DNA from: Amoeboaphelidium protococcarum X5
Taxonomy: Eukaryota > Fungi > Aphelidiomycota
Direction: 5' to 3'
Assembly: GCA_023515725.1 (NCBI GenBank)
Contig: JALDTO010000156.1
Span: 1 to 64,000 of the forward strand
Length of the DNA: 64,000 nt
A program made the position numbers and the translations under genes. Every line of letters begins with the position of its first letter. Positions within the stretch are counted from its first letter, which is position 1. Shown piece by piece: positions 11,285-24,396 of this stretch. The notes under the pieces were generated by a model. That model saw only the letters and a program-made list of their open reading frames with translations, ran no database searches and had not been told where the DNA came from.

Positions 11285-14200
11285 TCATTTATTTAGAGAC
11301 TGCAGACTTAGCGCTTTCGACTCATTGTCGCCTTGCATATCAGACACCACGCTGGGCACTCTGGGAGGAGCTTCTACAACATGTTCCTTCGACAGTTCTG
11401 AATCGGCGCGCATTCGACTAAGCTCGGCTGCGGCTTGCAATAGTGGACTTGAGATATGCGCAGAAGTTGACATATTCATTAGATCTGCTTCATCAATATC
11501 AAACAAATTCTTGGTCTTGGATCTATTTCGATTGATAACTGGTATCAGCGAATCTATGTTGGAAGGTTCTTTATGCTTAGTTACCGAATCGGAGTTTAGC
11601 TCTTGTTGAACCTGTGGCAAAGGTAGAGGGTCTTTGAAGGCAACATGGGGCTAATCCTTTACTTCCTAAGAATTCAAAACACGTACGTTCTCAGCAATTT
11701 ATGTCAATTTATCGTCAACTTTAGCCTGAGTAGTTTACACAGATACAGACGTTTAATGAGCTTACTGAGGAGTTGACACAATATCAAGCGGCAACCCGGG
11801 CAATTACTTGCTTTGATTGTTTTCATTAGATTTCTAATCTACTTGCTATTACTATTACTACTACTGAGGAGGTGCAACTGGGATTGATGCAGGAGCAGCT
11901 GCGACTGTCAGCTTGTCAGAGAATTTCGAAAACAGCTTACTAGTAAAGAAAGCTGCACCCAACTTGCGGCTGACACTATCTGACTCTGCATTTCCAGTAG
12001 TTTACTTTGCTGTACTAGGAGAGACACTTTTTGGTGTTGACGCAGACAGTAGAGTTTAAAAGTTTACTCCGGTTACAGCCTTGGAAGTTGGCGTCTCTAC
12101 AGTATCAAGACGCAAAAGATTGGCCAACAAGCTTTATGAAGGTTTCAGCACGGCTTTAGCTTTATCTTTCCCCGCAATGCTTAGATTGAGATTATCTACA
12201 TGCGATTCTTGACTTGGTGTCACCATTCGCGAAAACTCAGAGGATAACTTTTGAACCCAAATTAACAGATTTATATCAGCACCTCTGGCAGACTCATCCT
12301 AAATCTAAGACTGTTATTGCATAGCGTTAGGCTTTTCTTCACCCATTACAACTTAAAGATGCTGCATAATTACACTCAATGACGGCAAAATGTAAGTCTA
12401 AATCTACTACTCTCTTGCCTGTACATTAGTTAATCCTTGATAAATCTATAAGACAGACTAAACCAATTTCAGTGTCCAATCTCTATCCTCAGCAGTTGAG
12501 GTCTTTCTTTACTTTAGCTCATTCGCGCACCATCGCGCCATTGCTGGAAGTATAAAATTATCTCTAAACGATTCATCCACGTACAAAACAGTGAGCGCGA
12601 TAGCCTTCAGCGTCTCAAGCTAAATGAGTGGCACAGAGTCAAATAGAAAATTGGCGATTTGAATCTCAAGTCTCTCCAACAGCTCAGTATTCCTACCAGC
12701 AATTTCCAACAAGGTGGTGATGGTGGATATGGCTGAAATTCGAACTTTTCTGTCGGCATCATTGATCAACTGTAACAGCACAGGCACCAGCTTACTCAAA
12801 AGCAACTCCTGCGATAAATGAGGAACTATTGTAGATAGAAGGGGGCTTATCTGCAATTTAACATCAGTATTATCAGCATCCGCAAGCTTTAAGCAAACTT
12901 CAAGAGAAGGCTCTACGAAGGACTTGTCAGATTGCAAAAGATTAGAGACAGCTTGTCGTAAAAGACAAAGTTTAGAAGTCTAAAGAGCCTATGAACTGGA
13001 CCAGAGACATAGCAATCTTTCCAGCTACTCGGCATAGGTCTTGATTGGCTACCTCAATGCTGGAATATAACCACAAAACAACGGGATGATACGATTCTCT
13101 GTGCGAAATGACACCAACTTTACGTCCACAATATCCACAAAGTAAGTCTTTACGTAGTAATCTGTGACAACATGTCCAAATTCAGAACAAAACCGCAACA
13201 AGACTCGCGACAATTCACTAGCCGCAACGACATTATTAGGATTGCATTTGCTCAACAACTGTATCAATAAAGTGACAAACGACTGAGTACAAAACACCAT
13301 CGCAGGCCAAACAATACCTTCAGCATTTACAAGACTTGTATTAAATTTGACAGAGAGAGCTTTCAAATCAATGTCCTGGCCTATACCATCTTCAGCTTCT
13401 CTATCCTTTAAATTGACACCATCTTCGGCCCAAGGAGACGACGCAAGCATTGTTTTGTGCATATCAGGAATCGCTTTTTGCAATAACTTTGCGTAGCGAG
13501 ATATCTTATACTAGGAAGCAGGATCTAACACTGCATCAATATTCTCACCAAAGTACACCTCGATAGACTATGATATCTGCTAAACACAATCGAAAAGTTG
13601 CTGACCGTTGTTCTATTGTAGCAATTGGCAGCGACTTAAAAATTCAAATAGCACACCACAAAACACCTCGTTGGTAATACTGACCACATCCAAGCTGACA
13701 CTGTCCAAAGCCTTTTCCAAAAATGGATAAAGTAGAGATACTATAGGATTGAAATCATGTGAGGACAGCTCATCACGCATCGCACCATCCAAAACTGCCG
13801 CCAAACTTTTAACAGCATGAAACTGAAGAAGAGAGCTGTCTTACTCATCCATACAAGCACAAAGGAATCGAGCAGAATCAACGAGACTGTCCTTTCGCTC
13901 TAAATAGGGAGCCAACGCGCCACATATCTCAATCGCCAGCACTTTGCGCTCAATAAATTTGGTCCCGGAAAGTTCAATCACACAATTCTGTACCACCTTG
14001 TCAGCCGTAGCATTTCCAGATGAGCCAAGAATATGGGTCAATTTAACAAATCCTTGACACACCATGGTTCTTTACCGCTCATCCGGTTTTCTAATCAAAG
14101 TCAATAGCGTCTTGATAAGTTTATCTTGATCCTGCTCATTAGGACAAACAGACAGTACCAAAAACAATAATTCCATCAACTACTCTCTTTTAGTCAGTAG

Positions 14201-15652
14201 AGTATTGGCCACAATTTCACCCAAATTGTCAGTGAGCGCATGCACCAAAGATCTTGAACCAAAAACTGTAGTGGCTTGATTAGACGCTGCAGATTAAGTG
14301 TGCAGCTCATAAAATCGGTGCAACAATTAGCTGTACGTAGTTTTATCCTCCTAGCCTTCTTTGCTGCTAACGATTTGTACAGGCAAAGATAACGCTAATT
14401 TGTTATCACGAGCTATCAGAGACTAAGCATCAGTTGATGGAGCTCTATTATCCAATCTCCTATTAAATTACGCAGGTTAGCTTATCTGGCCATAAATTTG
14501 TACATCTGCCAAATCTCTTCTAATAGTCTCAGAGATTGAAACAACTGACGATTTACTATCGGATCTAACTCGACTTCTAGCAAGATTCACAGGTGTTGAG
14601 GAATCAGGAATAGTACCGGCGAAGCTACTGGAGAAATGCTCTTCATTACCGCCATATGCAGACAGAGCTATGGGAGTTGATGATTTTGCCAAAGAGTTGA
14701 GCCAAGCGGTGAAAACTTCATTCAACGACGGAATTTACTCAAAGGCTTTATACAAAGAATCATCGTAATTACCAGGGCCAAAGTCTTCAATTTCCTCAAG
14801 GAACGTTGCAGATGTCATTTTCCAACCATTCTTTACCAGGAATTGATTGATCATGTTATTCAATAATCTCTTTTACAATCTAGAACTGAGAATTGGCTAT
14901 CTCTACGGAGTTTGAGACGCAGCTGGCACAGATGCAACATATTAAGTTTAACTGCTCAACCCCGCAATATCCTACTTGATCAGATTAACATCTTTCCCAG
15001 AAGATGCTTACACAGACTACACAGATTGCTATAAAGCTTCCAACTTCTTTCTTAAATTATCATTCTCAGTCCTCAGAGACGCAAGATCAGACTCCAGTGA
15101 AGCCACATAATCATTATTGAATGGTGGGAGTTCAGACATTGAAACGCTTTCACTCTGTTTAGATTTGCTATCCTCCAGTGATGACAAGGTGTCGACATCA
15201 TTACCAGTGAGATCACTCGCAAAACGTCCGTGACCAACAGATCTAGCGGACATATCACTAGTATTTCTAGGATGGCCGCGATAACGTCCCATAGAACCAA
15301 CTTCAAAATTGCGATGATTGGCAAAATACTCTTTATACTATCTGATAAGGACACCATCTTCTGAGAGCTCAGTAAAGAATTCAAGTGCACTCAGAAGATA
15401 ATCTTTAGATATAAGATACTGCAAAATGTTAGAACTTATGGTCAAAGTGTTTAGATCAACCTCCATCGGCAAATCCTGCTGCTGATGATGATCCAAGATG
15501 TAGTTATTGTGATTGAGGGGTTGTGTCTTGAAAACTAACTCAGACTGACCAAACTAGAAATCTTGCTCTTGATCTTGAACCATCAAATTATCATTACTCT
15601 TTATAGCTGTAAGAGAGCTTCTAGAGCCATCCTACAACGTAGATAAATCCAT
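11285..15652 (-). CDS. RELCH: RAB11-binding LisH/coiled-coil/HEAT protein RELCH (KIAA1468), about 1455 aa
   Basis: YLSKDYLLSALEFFTELSEDG...YFANHRNFE; LisH motif LLNNMINQFLVKNGWKMTSATFLEE; HEAT repeats; single frame. Confidence 0.85.
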
Positions 15653-15853
15653 TGTTTCAATTTCTGAAGATAAAACGCAAAAACGGTTTCACAGAACTCG
15701 AAAAAAAGACGGAAAGTTGCAGGCGATTAAAACACTCCAACAGAAAGAAGAAACAATTTTGGAGCGATGATCGAACGATAGGATCACATTGTGGAGAGTC
15801 GAGTGAACATAAAGATAACAAGTTCATACACGGTAGAAGATCCACTCGAAGAA

Positions 15854-16897
15854 TCATGTCTATTAACTTTAACCGCCAGACGTCGGCCCACCGCCTCTTC
15901 CTCTTCCCCTACCTCTCCCTCTTTAAGACTTAGGTTGATGGTTATACTAAGTGTCTGAAGTTTCCCAAATTTTATTCTTAGTACTGTCTTATTGTTTCTA
16001 CTATTTCTGCTACTGTTACTGCTATTATTTCGGAGTATTCTCTTAAGAGTTCGGTATTGATTAAACACTATCCACGTTACCGCCAACATTAGCGCGACCA
16101 CGTCCTCTGCCACGACCGCGATTTTAACGTTTCTCACTCGGAATCTGCAAAACTGATCCTCTTGCCGGTTAAGAGCCCGATGTAACTGAAGGCGATTATT
16201 AGTTATTTTCACTCTGAGACTACTTCTACGTATCTTTAGTCTACTTGGAATTCTAAGATCCTTACTTTACACCCTTTTACTTATTACTATCCTTGGTAGC
16301 ACCAGATTTCTTCTTCTTATCCTTTTTCCTACTCTTTTTAGATTACTTTGACGATATTCTCTAAGTGATAAACTGCAGTAGAGGCGTCTTTACGGGTAGT
16401 TTCTCTTCATTAACAGGTTCAGTCTTCTTGTCGGCGATTTCTGTATCTGTAGATAAACCAGCATACAGAGGGGAGATACCTTAACTAAGCTCTTTAAGAT
16501 TGAGAATAAATTTCATATAATCCGGCATTGATTCAGAGGCGTGCTTTTCAAACTCACCATAAGCTATGATCTTATTAGCATCATCCACGACTTATTCACC
16601 CAGGGGAACATCTTAACACGGCGCATACTCAACTAAAGCAACGTGAACCTATCCTTATTTGTTTCTAAACTGCCAGCCATTGAAAACACGCGAGAACTCT
16701 ATTACAGACTGGGAATCAACAAAATTCAAGTATGCCCTGCTATGCTGAATGGCGCCTTCACTCCCCAATGAGCCAGGACAATAACGGAAGTAATTCACTT
16801 TAGACATCCATTATAAAATGGTTGTTTTAAATACAGACTCGGGCAAATTAGACGGGAGCCTTCTCACTACAATCTTACTCTTGAAGTCAGGCGTCAT
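15854..16897 (-). CDS. UPF3: Nonsense-mediated decay factor UPF3
   Basis: KIVVRRLPSNL...HSRAYLNF...FNGWQF...ALVEYAPCQ (Smg4/UPF3 RRM), followed by an RG- and Q-rich tail. Confidence 0.9.
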
Positions 16898-17122
16898 CTG
16901 CTAATCCGCGTTCTTACAAAAGTCTTCAAGAACAATCGTCTCTTTACTGAGCCTCGCTCGGGTAAGAACATCTCGTTTTAAGGACAGTCTTCGTTTAAAG
17001 AAGGCCGATTGATACCTTATTCGAAATCAAAGACACTGAATAAAAAAGTATGGCGCCTCTGAAACAAATTACTATTCATTCATACTATTTTCATTAGTCA
17101 AAATTATTATTCTCATCATCAA

Positions 17123-17731
17123 TCAGCCGGATCTGCGATAAGTATCAACTTCATTGTTGGCAAATGCACAACCAACGTTGTTCACGAGAGTTGCCCAGTT
17201 TTCATCAAGGCGAACCTCACAAACTTCCTATTCAGTAGTGGCAGGTGCAGGAGCGGAAGAGTTGTTGGATTCGCTGGCTTTATTCAGAGCATTCTGAATT
17301 CTCTCCAGCTACTCTGGCATGATCACCATACGGTCATATCTGGTCAGAGTGAATGGCTCAGACGCGTTGGCAGAAAATCCAATTTTATATGCCATGTCAT
17401 TGAACTCAGCATAAACATTAGTGACCTCAGATCGCTCCTGCCAGATTGTGCCAGCAGTGGCTATGCCATTACAGGTCAGCGGCTTATTAGCATATTTCTT
17501 CGGATGGTGGACCAGATTGCCTTCATGATCAACTGATACACCATCAGTGCGGAAGACTTGCAACAGTGAAAACTATGGAGCAATAGTTTACGTGGTCAGC
17601 TCGGCTCCAATGCCAGGAGAATGGCCCAAAAGAGTAGGATTATCACCAGGTTGCTGATCCAAAGGCTAGTATACAGGAACAGCGCGCGACAAGGCAGCGA
17701 TCAAGATTGACACAATTACAGATTTCATCAT
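17123..17731 (-). CDS. Secreted hypothetical protein (202 aa)
   Basis: Signal peptide MMKSVIVSILIAALSRA; frame open to TGA. Confidence 0.75.
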
Positions 17732-18182
17732 TGCTTAGTTTATTAGATTCTATTATAATATATATATATATATTTTATTTAATCGATTAGATTTGTATTA
17801 CAAAGAGGAAAAGAAGAGATTGTCAATTGCGGTGAACTTGGTTAACGGTCATACGCCAATGCAGCTGTAACGTTACACGAGCAGTAACTATGTTCCACAA
17901 CGTTACACGTCACCTTGTGATTTATCGTTACACAAATCTAGATACAAATAGTATCGCTGAAAAGATCGATGCGATAGAAATCATTCAGATAGCTATTGAT
18001 GATACTCAAAAGCAGCATACTCAAATCTAAAAATCTGTAATCAGTTAAATTCCTTTCATTTAACTCAAAAAGTACTATAAGACACCATTTATGATTAAGA
18101 GTAAAAAAGGCGAGATCTAACGTACACGACAAATATGCACCATTCAAAGTACTCAATCTAATCATCATTCATTGGCTTATCA

Positions 18183-18836
18183 TCATCGAACTATATAATA
18201 CGTTAATATGAGGATCCACATCAAAGTCTATACGTATAATGTCTATGTATATTGTGATCGCCGTGATACAGCATTAGAACTCGAGGTGGAATTGTTTTCA
18301 GGTTTGGGAATCAACTCTATCGCGGTTGAAGTATTTTTGAGATATGGGGGATCATTCAGAGGATCATTACATCCTCCGCCTTAGCAGCGGCCCACCCCAC
18401 AGTAGTCCTCTGTCACACCACAGAATCCATTTATCGAACAGCAGCCCTTGGAGCATTTCTTGCCATTTGCCTGTACTCCACACTCTGCACCACTGAACAG
18501 CGCCGGTCTTGCAGCACTGAACGTAATCTGGGAGCATGAGCCAGAGACACAAAATGGCGCGTAACAATGCAGCTCCGAAGAGCCGCAGTAATTTCATGAT
18601 GAGCAGCATTGACCAGAGGGGCACTTCTTGTGAATACCACATTAATCACCGAAACCTTCGCCGGTAGGCATCGGTTTATTGAGAAGAATAGGTGGCCATA
18701 CCAGCAGGGGGTCTAACACCGTGTTGTTGTTGAACAATGATAGATCTTGAGCCGAGACGAGCGATTGAAACAACAAAGCGGCGATCAGTTTTTTATCCCT
18801 GTTTTGCAGTAATTTAGCAGACATATCTAGCGCCAT
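18183..18836 (-). CDS. Two-domain hevein/CBM18 chitin-binding surface protein with an in-frame TGA at 18594-18596 (pseudogene or readthrough)
   Basis: QCGIHKKCPSGQCCSS*NYCGSSELHC and ECGVQANGKKCSKGCCSINGFCGVTEDYC, with a hydrophobic C-terminus. Confidence 0.75.
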
Positions 18837-19098
18837 GAGTATATAATTAAGAATAAATTTTAATGCTATTAATGAGTAGAATGGAAACTAGAAACAATCC
18901 TCGAAGAATAAAGTCACTTTCGTCACTAAAATATCTGATAGCGTCGTACTTTCCACTCGCCAAGCCAATCAAGATGTTAGCTCTTGAGATCACGCGTTAC
19001 TTGTAACATGAAAAGATATTTTTTAGACTCTTCCAAATAAAAGAAAACTAAATTTCAAAACTCGATTCATTGATACACGCCTCAATATTTCTCCGTAT

Positions 19099-19767
19099 TC
19101 ACTAATAGTTCTTGTTCAAACTGTGAGCAGCTTCCAATTCCTTGCGATAAGTTGTCTAACCGCAACATCCACACAGCATCAACAAGCATCCAAAGAGAGC
19201 CAACACTTCGAAACCACCCAGTGCAAAAAGGGCAATGTAGATAGTTTTACGAGAATCCTGGTACTGCTGCTCAAGAAGTGGGAAACAAGCAGGTCTTGTG
19301 GTAATGCCAATCGCTGGGCACTGCTCAGTTACCGCCTAACGGTCAATGACAGATTCAAAGCCACAGCACTCCCTAGCATTCTAGAAATTAGCACGCTGCT
19401 CAGTACTCCAGTTACCCCAGAAATCAGAAGCAGTATCGCGGATATTAATATTTCCACGAGCTATCAGCACACCCAATGCAACTTGACCAGCAATCAAAAT
19501 CAAAAGAAGAAACACATACAGCAAAAGCACACTCCTAGATCTGGAGCCAAAGCATCCAACGAGAGCAGTCAGCAGCATGAAACCACCAATGACTATACCG
19601 CCAATGCTATAAGATTCAGGAATAGTCGCTTTGGACAGCACTGCATCGGCAGGAGCAATCAATGCATAAATCGAGACAGCCAGTATACCAGCTCCGATGA
19701 GGGCAGTGAAAACGTTTAAGATCAGCAAAAACAATCTAGCCACCAAAGAATCGTACTTCTTTTGCAT
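19099..19767 (-). CDS. Tetraspanin
   Basis: Four TM segments, LVGCFGS, and the EC2 CCG motif (FQNARECCGF). Confidence 0.88.
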
Positions 19768-20077
19768 ACTTATTTAAATTACCAGGGATTTTAAAGGATG
19801 AAATGGTCAATAAATATTAGCAGTAAAGAGGTAAGAAAAAACTCCACACGACAATAAGAAGAAGTTGGTTGACAAAAATTTTGAGTTGAGTGAAGAGATG
19901 CGGATAAACCCCCCTGATTTGAGCCGATGAAATTCCTTGAGAGAAGAACCCCTTGATTTCGATGGCGTCGCTCACTCTTTCCAATATGAATTCTTTGCTG
20001 ATGAATAAAGAGAAAGAAGAGTAAGAGGCTTTTCGCTTGAACAATCTTTGGCTGCGAAATCGAGAAAAATATTAAAA

Positions 20078-21361
20078 ATGACCAATAAAGTCAATCTGCA
20101 TGCTGATCACATATCTACCGAGAAATGCACCACCGCTTAGAGTGATGCACCATTCTCTGATAGATTTAAAGATAGAGTTCAGCTCACTTACAAGTTTTGC
20201 TCTCCGGAATCGTTTTAATTTGATCTAGTCGGTGTTGACGCGTCATTTGCCAATGCTATCAGACGTATTATGATTGGTGAAGTGCCAACAATGTGCATTG
20301 AGAAATGCTTCTTCACTGATAATACTGGCGTGATGGCTGATGAACTGCTGGCGCATAGAATTGGACTTACTCCGATTAAGCATAATCCACACCTCTTCTA
20401 ATTCATCCGTGATCCATATCGAGAATCTGATCCGGAGACTAATCCTGATGAGCCTAACACTGATAGAAATACGCTGGTGTTCAAGTTGAGATATATCGCT
20501 GCCCCTCCTCATTTAGGCAACACCACTGCTGGAGGCCCGGCTTCTAGTTTGGCCAATGTTAGAAGTAAGAAGCAGCTCAGATTTTACCAGAGTGAGAATG
20601 TCACTGCGGTTCAAATGAGATGGATTCCGTATGCTGATCAGGTATCTTACTTTCAACAAGCGTAGCAGGAGTTGGAAGAATAGCGCGGTGTTGGTCTTTT
20701 TGCTGATTATTGGAAGAAGAAGGCTGAAGAGTTTGTCGCATACGTTGAATAGGCCAACAATAAGCCAGAGCATAAAGCCATTTCTGATTCTCTGGCAGAG
20801 TATGACGAGCTTCCTCCTCACATTAAATATGCAGTCAGACCAGTATTCCCAGATATTGTACTGGATAAGTTGGGCGCTAATTAGTCTATCTCAATCGATC
20901 TGTATGCTATGAAGGGTATTGGGTTGGATCACGCCAAGTTCAGCCCCGTGTCCATTGCCTCGTATCGCCTGCTGCCCACCGTGGAAATAGTCTAGGATGT
21001 CTATGATGAAGACGCTCATCAGCTGCAAAAGTGTTTCCCACGCGGTGTTATTGAGATTGGACGGGTCAAAGTCGATGGAGTGGAAAGAGATCGCGCCTAC
21101 GTTGCCAATGCCAGAGATGATACTGTTACGAGAGAGGTATTTCGACACGCTAACCTGGCAGATAAAGTCAAGCTCGGCCGTAAGACTGATTATTTCATCT
21201 TCAATGTGGAGAGCACTGGTGTCTATGATGAGCCGTATGATATTGTAATTGACGCGGCAAAGATTCTTCACTAAAAGTGCGTAGATATTAAAAAGATGGT
21301 GGACGCTCTTCGCAACTTTGAAAGTAATCCCGCTAAAGTTCCGCAGAAGCAGTAAATTTGA
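20078..21361 (+). CDS. RPC40: RNA polymerase I/III subunit AC40 (RPAC1)
   Basis: [28 protein letters not shown]...[13 protein letters not shown]; [13 protein letters not shown]; FIFNVESTG. Confidence 0.95.
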
Positions 21362-21666
21362 ATACCACCTGCTATAATCAATTAAATAGACTTTATCATT
21401 TATTAATCCGAAATCTTTTTACTATTATAAATGGGCACTTGATATGTCTCAATATCTTGACGACACATCGGTGCAGATATCTTAACAGCAACAACAATAG
21501 CGGTCTTTCCTCTTCTTGAAAACAACAACGACGATTTAAACGGGGAGAAATGACGACGGCTAGCGGAAGCGATAAAAGTGGGAAAAGCTTCAACTTGAAA
21601 CAATAAGACTTCCCTCTGCACCTGTCCGCATAGCGATAGAACTCGTTATCTAGATAATCTGCGCCA

Positions 21667-22107
21667 ATGGTTCAATAGTAGTAGTAGTAGTAGTAGTAGT
21701 AATAGTACTAAGGATCGTATGGAGATGTATTGAAAGAGAAGCGATCAAACGATCAAATGTATGAGAGCAATAAATTTAGTTCTATTGGCGTAGCAAGCTC
21801 GGCCATGTAACCACAATATGGAGTGAACAGGAATATGCCGTGGCGCACAGCTAGCAGGGACAGTCCTTTGCCAAAGAAGACCATCATATAAGCGGTGGCT
21901 CTGTTTATTGGTGGAATTGTGTTTCTGCTTCTGGGCATCATAGGCTCCTTAGAATCTGATTCATCAAGTACTCTGGCTCAGATGAGAATTACATCGCTGA
22001 TAATAGGTGCTCTTTTATTCATACCTGGATTCTATTACACTCGTATAGCGTATCTCGCCTGGAAGAAGGTGCCTGGCTTTGACTTTTCCCAATTACCTGA
22101 TGACTGA
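21667..22107 (+). CDS. TMEM230: TMEM230/DUF872-family two-TM protein with N-terminal polyQ
   Basis: LPKKTIIQAVALFIGG...LLFIPGFYYTRIAYLAWKKVPGFDFSQLPDD. Confidence 0.8.
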
Positions 22108-22260
22108 TTGATTTGATTAAGTGAGTTGACTGATATGCTTTGTGCAATATATACTATAGTGTTATAAAAAGGTTTTATGGCAAACTATTTTGTATTAATA
22201 CTTAAGTATATTAAAGACGGCTCTATACATTTGAGATTAAAATCATATTTTAATCACAAA

Positions 22261-23973
22261 TCAGTATTGTCTTCGTTATTGTTAGAACTTTTGTTGTGGA
22301 TTATTGTGGAATCTATTCTATGATGATTAAGAGAACTGCTGTCCTCTTTAATTTTAGTTCTGCTACTTATGACCGCCTTGAGGTCGCTGATAAGACTGGC
22401 CATAATTCTAACTTCTGTATGGCTATTACACAGAGTTGGGTCCTTGATATCGCTAATTAGCCTGAGCCTTCTTGCCAGCCTGATTCTACTAATCAAATCC
22501 TTGATACTAACCTTTTCCACCGAACATTCCCACAGTCAGTACCTCTTCATCGCCCACATAACCATCGCCGACACCATAGACAGTTCCCAGTTTAGCTCTT
22601 GACCAGAACCGCACATAACAATCGTTACCTCCACTGGCGAGAATGTGCCCAAGAGGATGATAGTCTAGAGACCATACACAAGATTCATGAGCAATCTCAA
22701 TAGATCCCAGCTGTCCATTGGAGTAGAATCCATTCTCATTCGTATTCGGAAATTGTCCTATATTAAGATCAAAGTGATGAATTGATCCCAGTGATGTACC
22801 CACAGTGAAAATACCAGGTATTGCGTTATGCCATCGCACAGCCGTAATCTCTCTATTCTATGTTAGTGCAGAGTGAGGCGCCAGTTTGTAGCTATCACCA
22901 ACAGCAGATTCTGAAGTGTCAAATCCATTATAAACCTTATTATAATCAATCGAGTGGAGAGGCTTCATAGTACGCAAATCATACACACGTATCATGCCAT
23001 CTCTACTTCCTGCCAGGAGGAGGTTATCATCATGAGGACAAAACTCAAGGCCCAGCACAGTGTTCTTATGCCCGTGTATGGTTGTCAGCTCATCATCTTA
23101 CCGTGGATCCCACAATTTAATCATATTATCTTTACTACCAGAGGCAATAAGAGCCTTACGCGGATGCCAATTCACAACTTTAACATCCCAGCCGTGTTTA
23201 ATCCAAACCTTCTCCTCCTGGGCAGTGAACAGATCGAATATACGCACCGTGGAATCATCACTTCCAATACAAAATTTTAAATCAGATGGCGCCACAGACA
23301 ATCCTCTAATGGGTTCATTCACAATGCCCGTGATACTCTTTACACAATTCAAATTTGACTGCCAGTACTTTATAATACCAGTCTGATCACAAGCGATAAA
23401 CATGTCAAAGTCCGTACTGATGGAACTGTTGGTCTTGACCCACTCCATGCTACGGATCGCTGCATCGTGTCCTTGGATAATAGACTCAAAGTTAAATTAC
23501 GATCCATTCCACAGAGTAATTTCTCCACTCACACATCCGCTAACTATCCGACGTCCATCTAGAGTCCACCTGACCACATTGATCGGTGTACGAATCTTAT
23601 TAATCGATGTATGGATGTATTTAGTATTCATATACTCAGCTCTAGTCTGCACAGAACGCGCACTCTCTGCATGAGGATGATAAAAGTTTATGATATAATG
23701 AGAATGCGGTTACCTGAAATAACCTCTGTGACCTCCATGAACATTACTCAGCACACTTCTATCCTGGATCCATCGCGCTATCAGACAATTGTAGTCTACA
23801 GTTCTTCGCTACTAAGCACTCTTCTTCCTGCTACTATCGCCATTATCACCATCAATATTATTAGTATTCCCATCCTGGGTGCGATCTAGATAATCAAACT
23901 TGGCATATCCACCACCAGGCGGCCTACGTCCATTCGTAAACTATCCATTCAAAGGTTGAGGTAATTGAGACAT
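22261..23973 (-). CDS. WDR33: Polyadenylation factor WD40 subunit WDR33/Pfs2
   Basis: [20 protein letters not shown]; [24 protein letters not shown]; [24 protein letters not shown]. Confidence 0.93.
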
Positions 23974-24396
23974 ATTCCGCTATCGGATATCTTCTACTGT
24001 ATGAGGGGAGAACTTTTAAGTCAATACTAGACAAGAAACAATTAACAGAGTTCCGCGTAAATTACTTTTTAGCACTTTAGTAATGGATGATGAAAGGTTC
24101 CCTTCTGAAGACACAACCAGCCTGATGAACGGAGCAGTAGAAGAATATAAATCCGTAATAGAACGATCAAGAGAAAGAGAGAGAGAGAAAGAGAGAAAGT
24201 TTCATTCAATTCAAAGGCGCTCTGCTCTCTCTCTCTCTTTCTTTTATTCTTCCTCAAAAGCCAAATTTGACAATTCAAGTTTTATTATACAGAGACACTT
24301 GTCATTCATTAATTATTCAGAAAGGCATCCTTTTTAGTCATTCTTATTAAAATTATTGATAGTTTATAAAAGATTAGGAAAGATTTTGTGGTTGAA

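Noticed and set aside
18594-18596. Selenocysteine at the in-frame TGA
   Set aside because: The position corresponds to an aromatic residue rather than Cys, and I saw no convincing SECIS downstream.
19123-19719. 198-aa plus-strand ORF and similar long antisense ORFs (for example 51297-51743, 63676-63996, 30163-30594)
   Set aside because: These are shadows of real genes on the opposite strand or in another frame, with no independent motifs.
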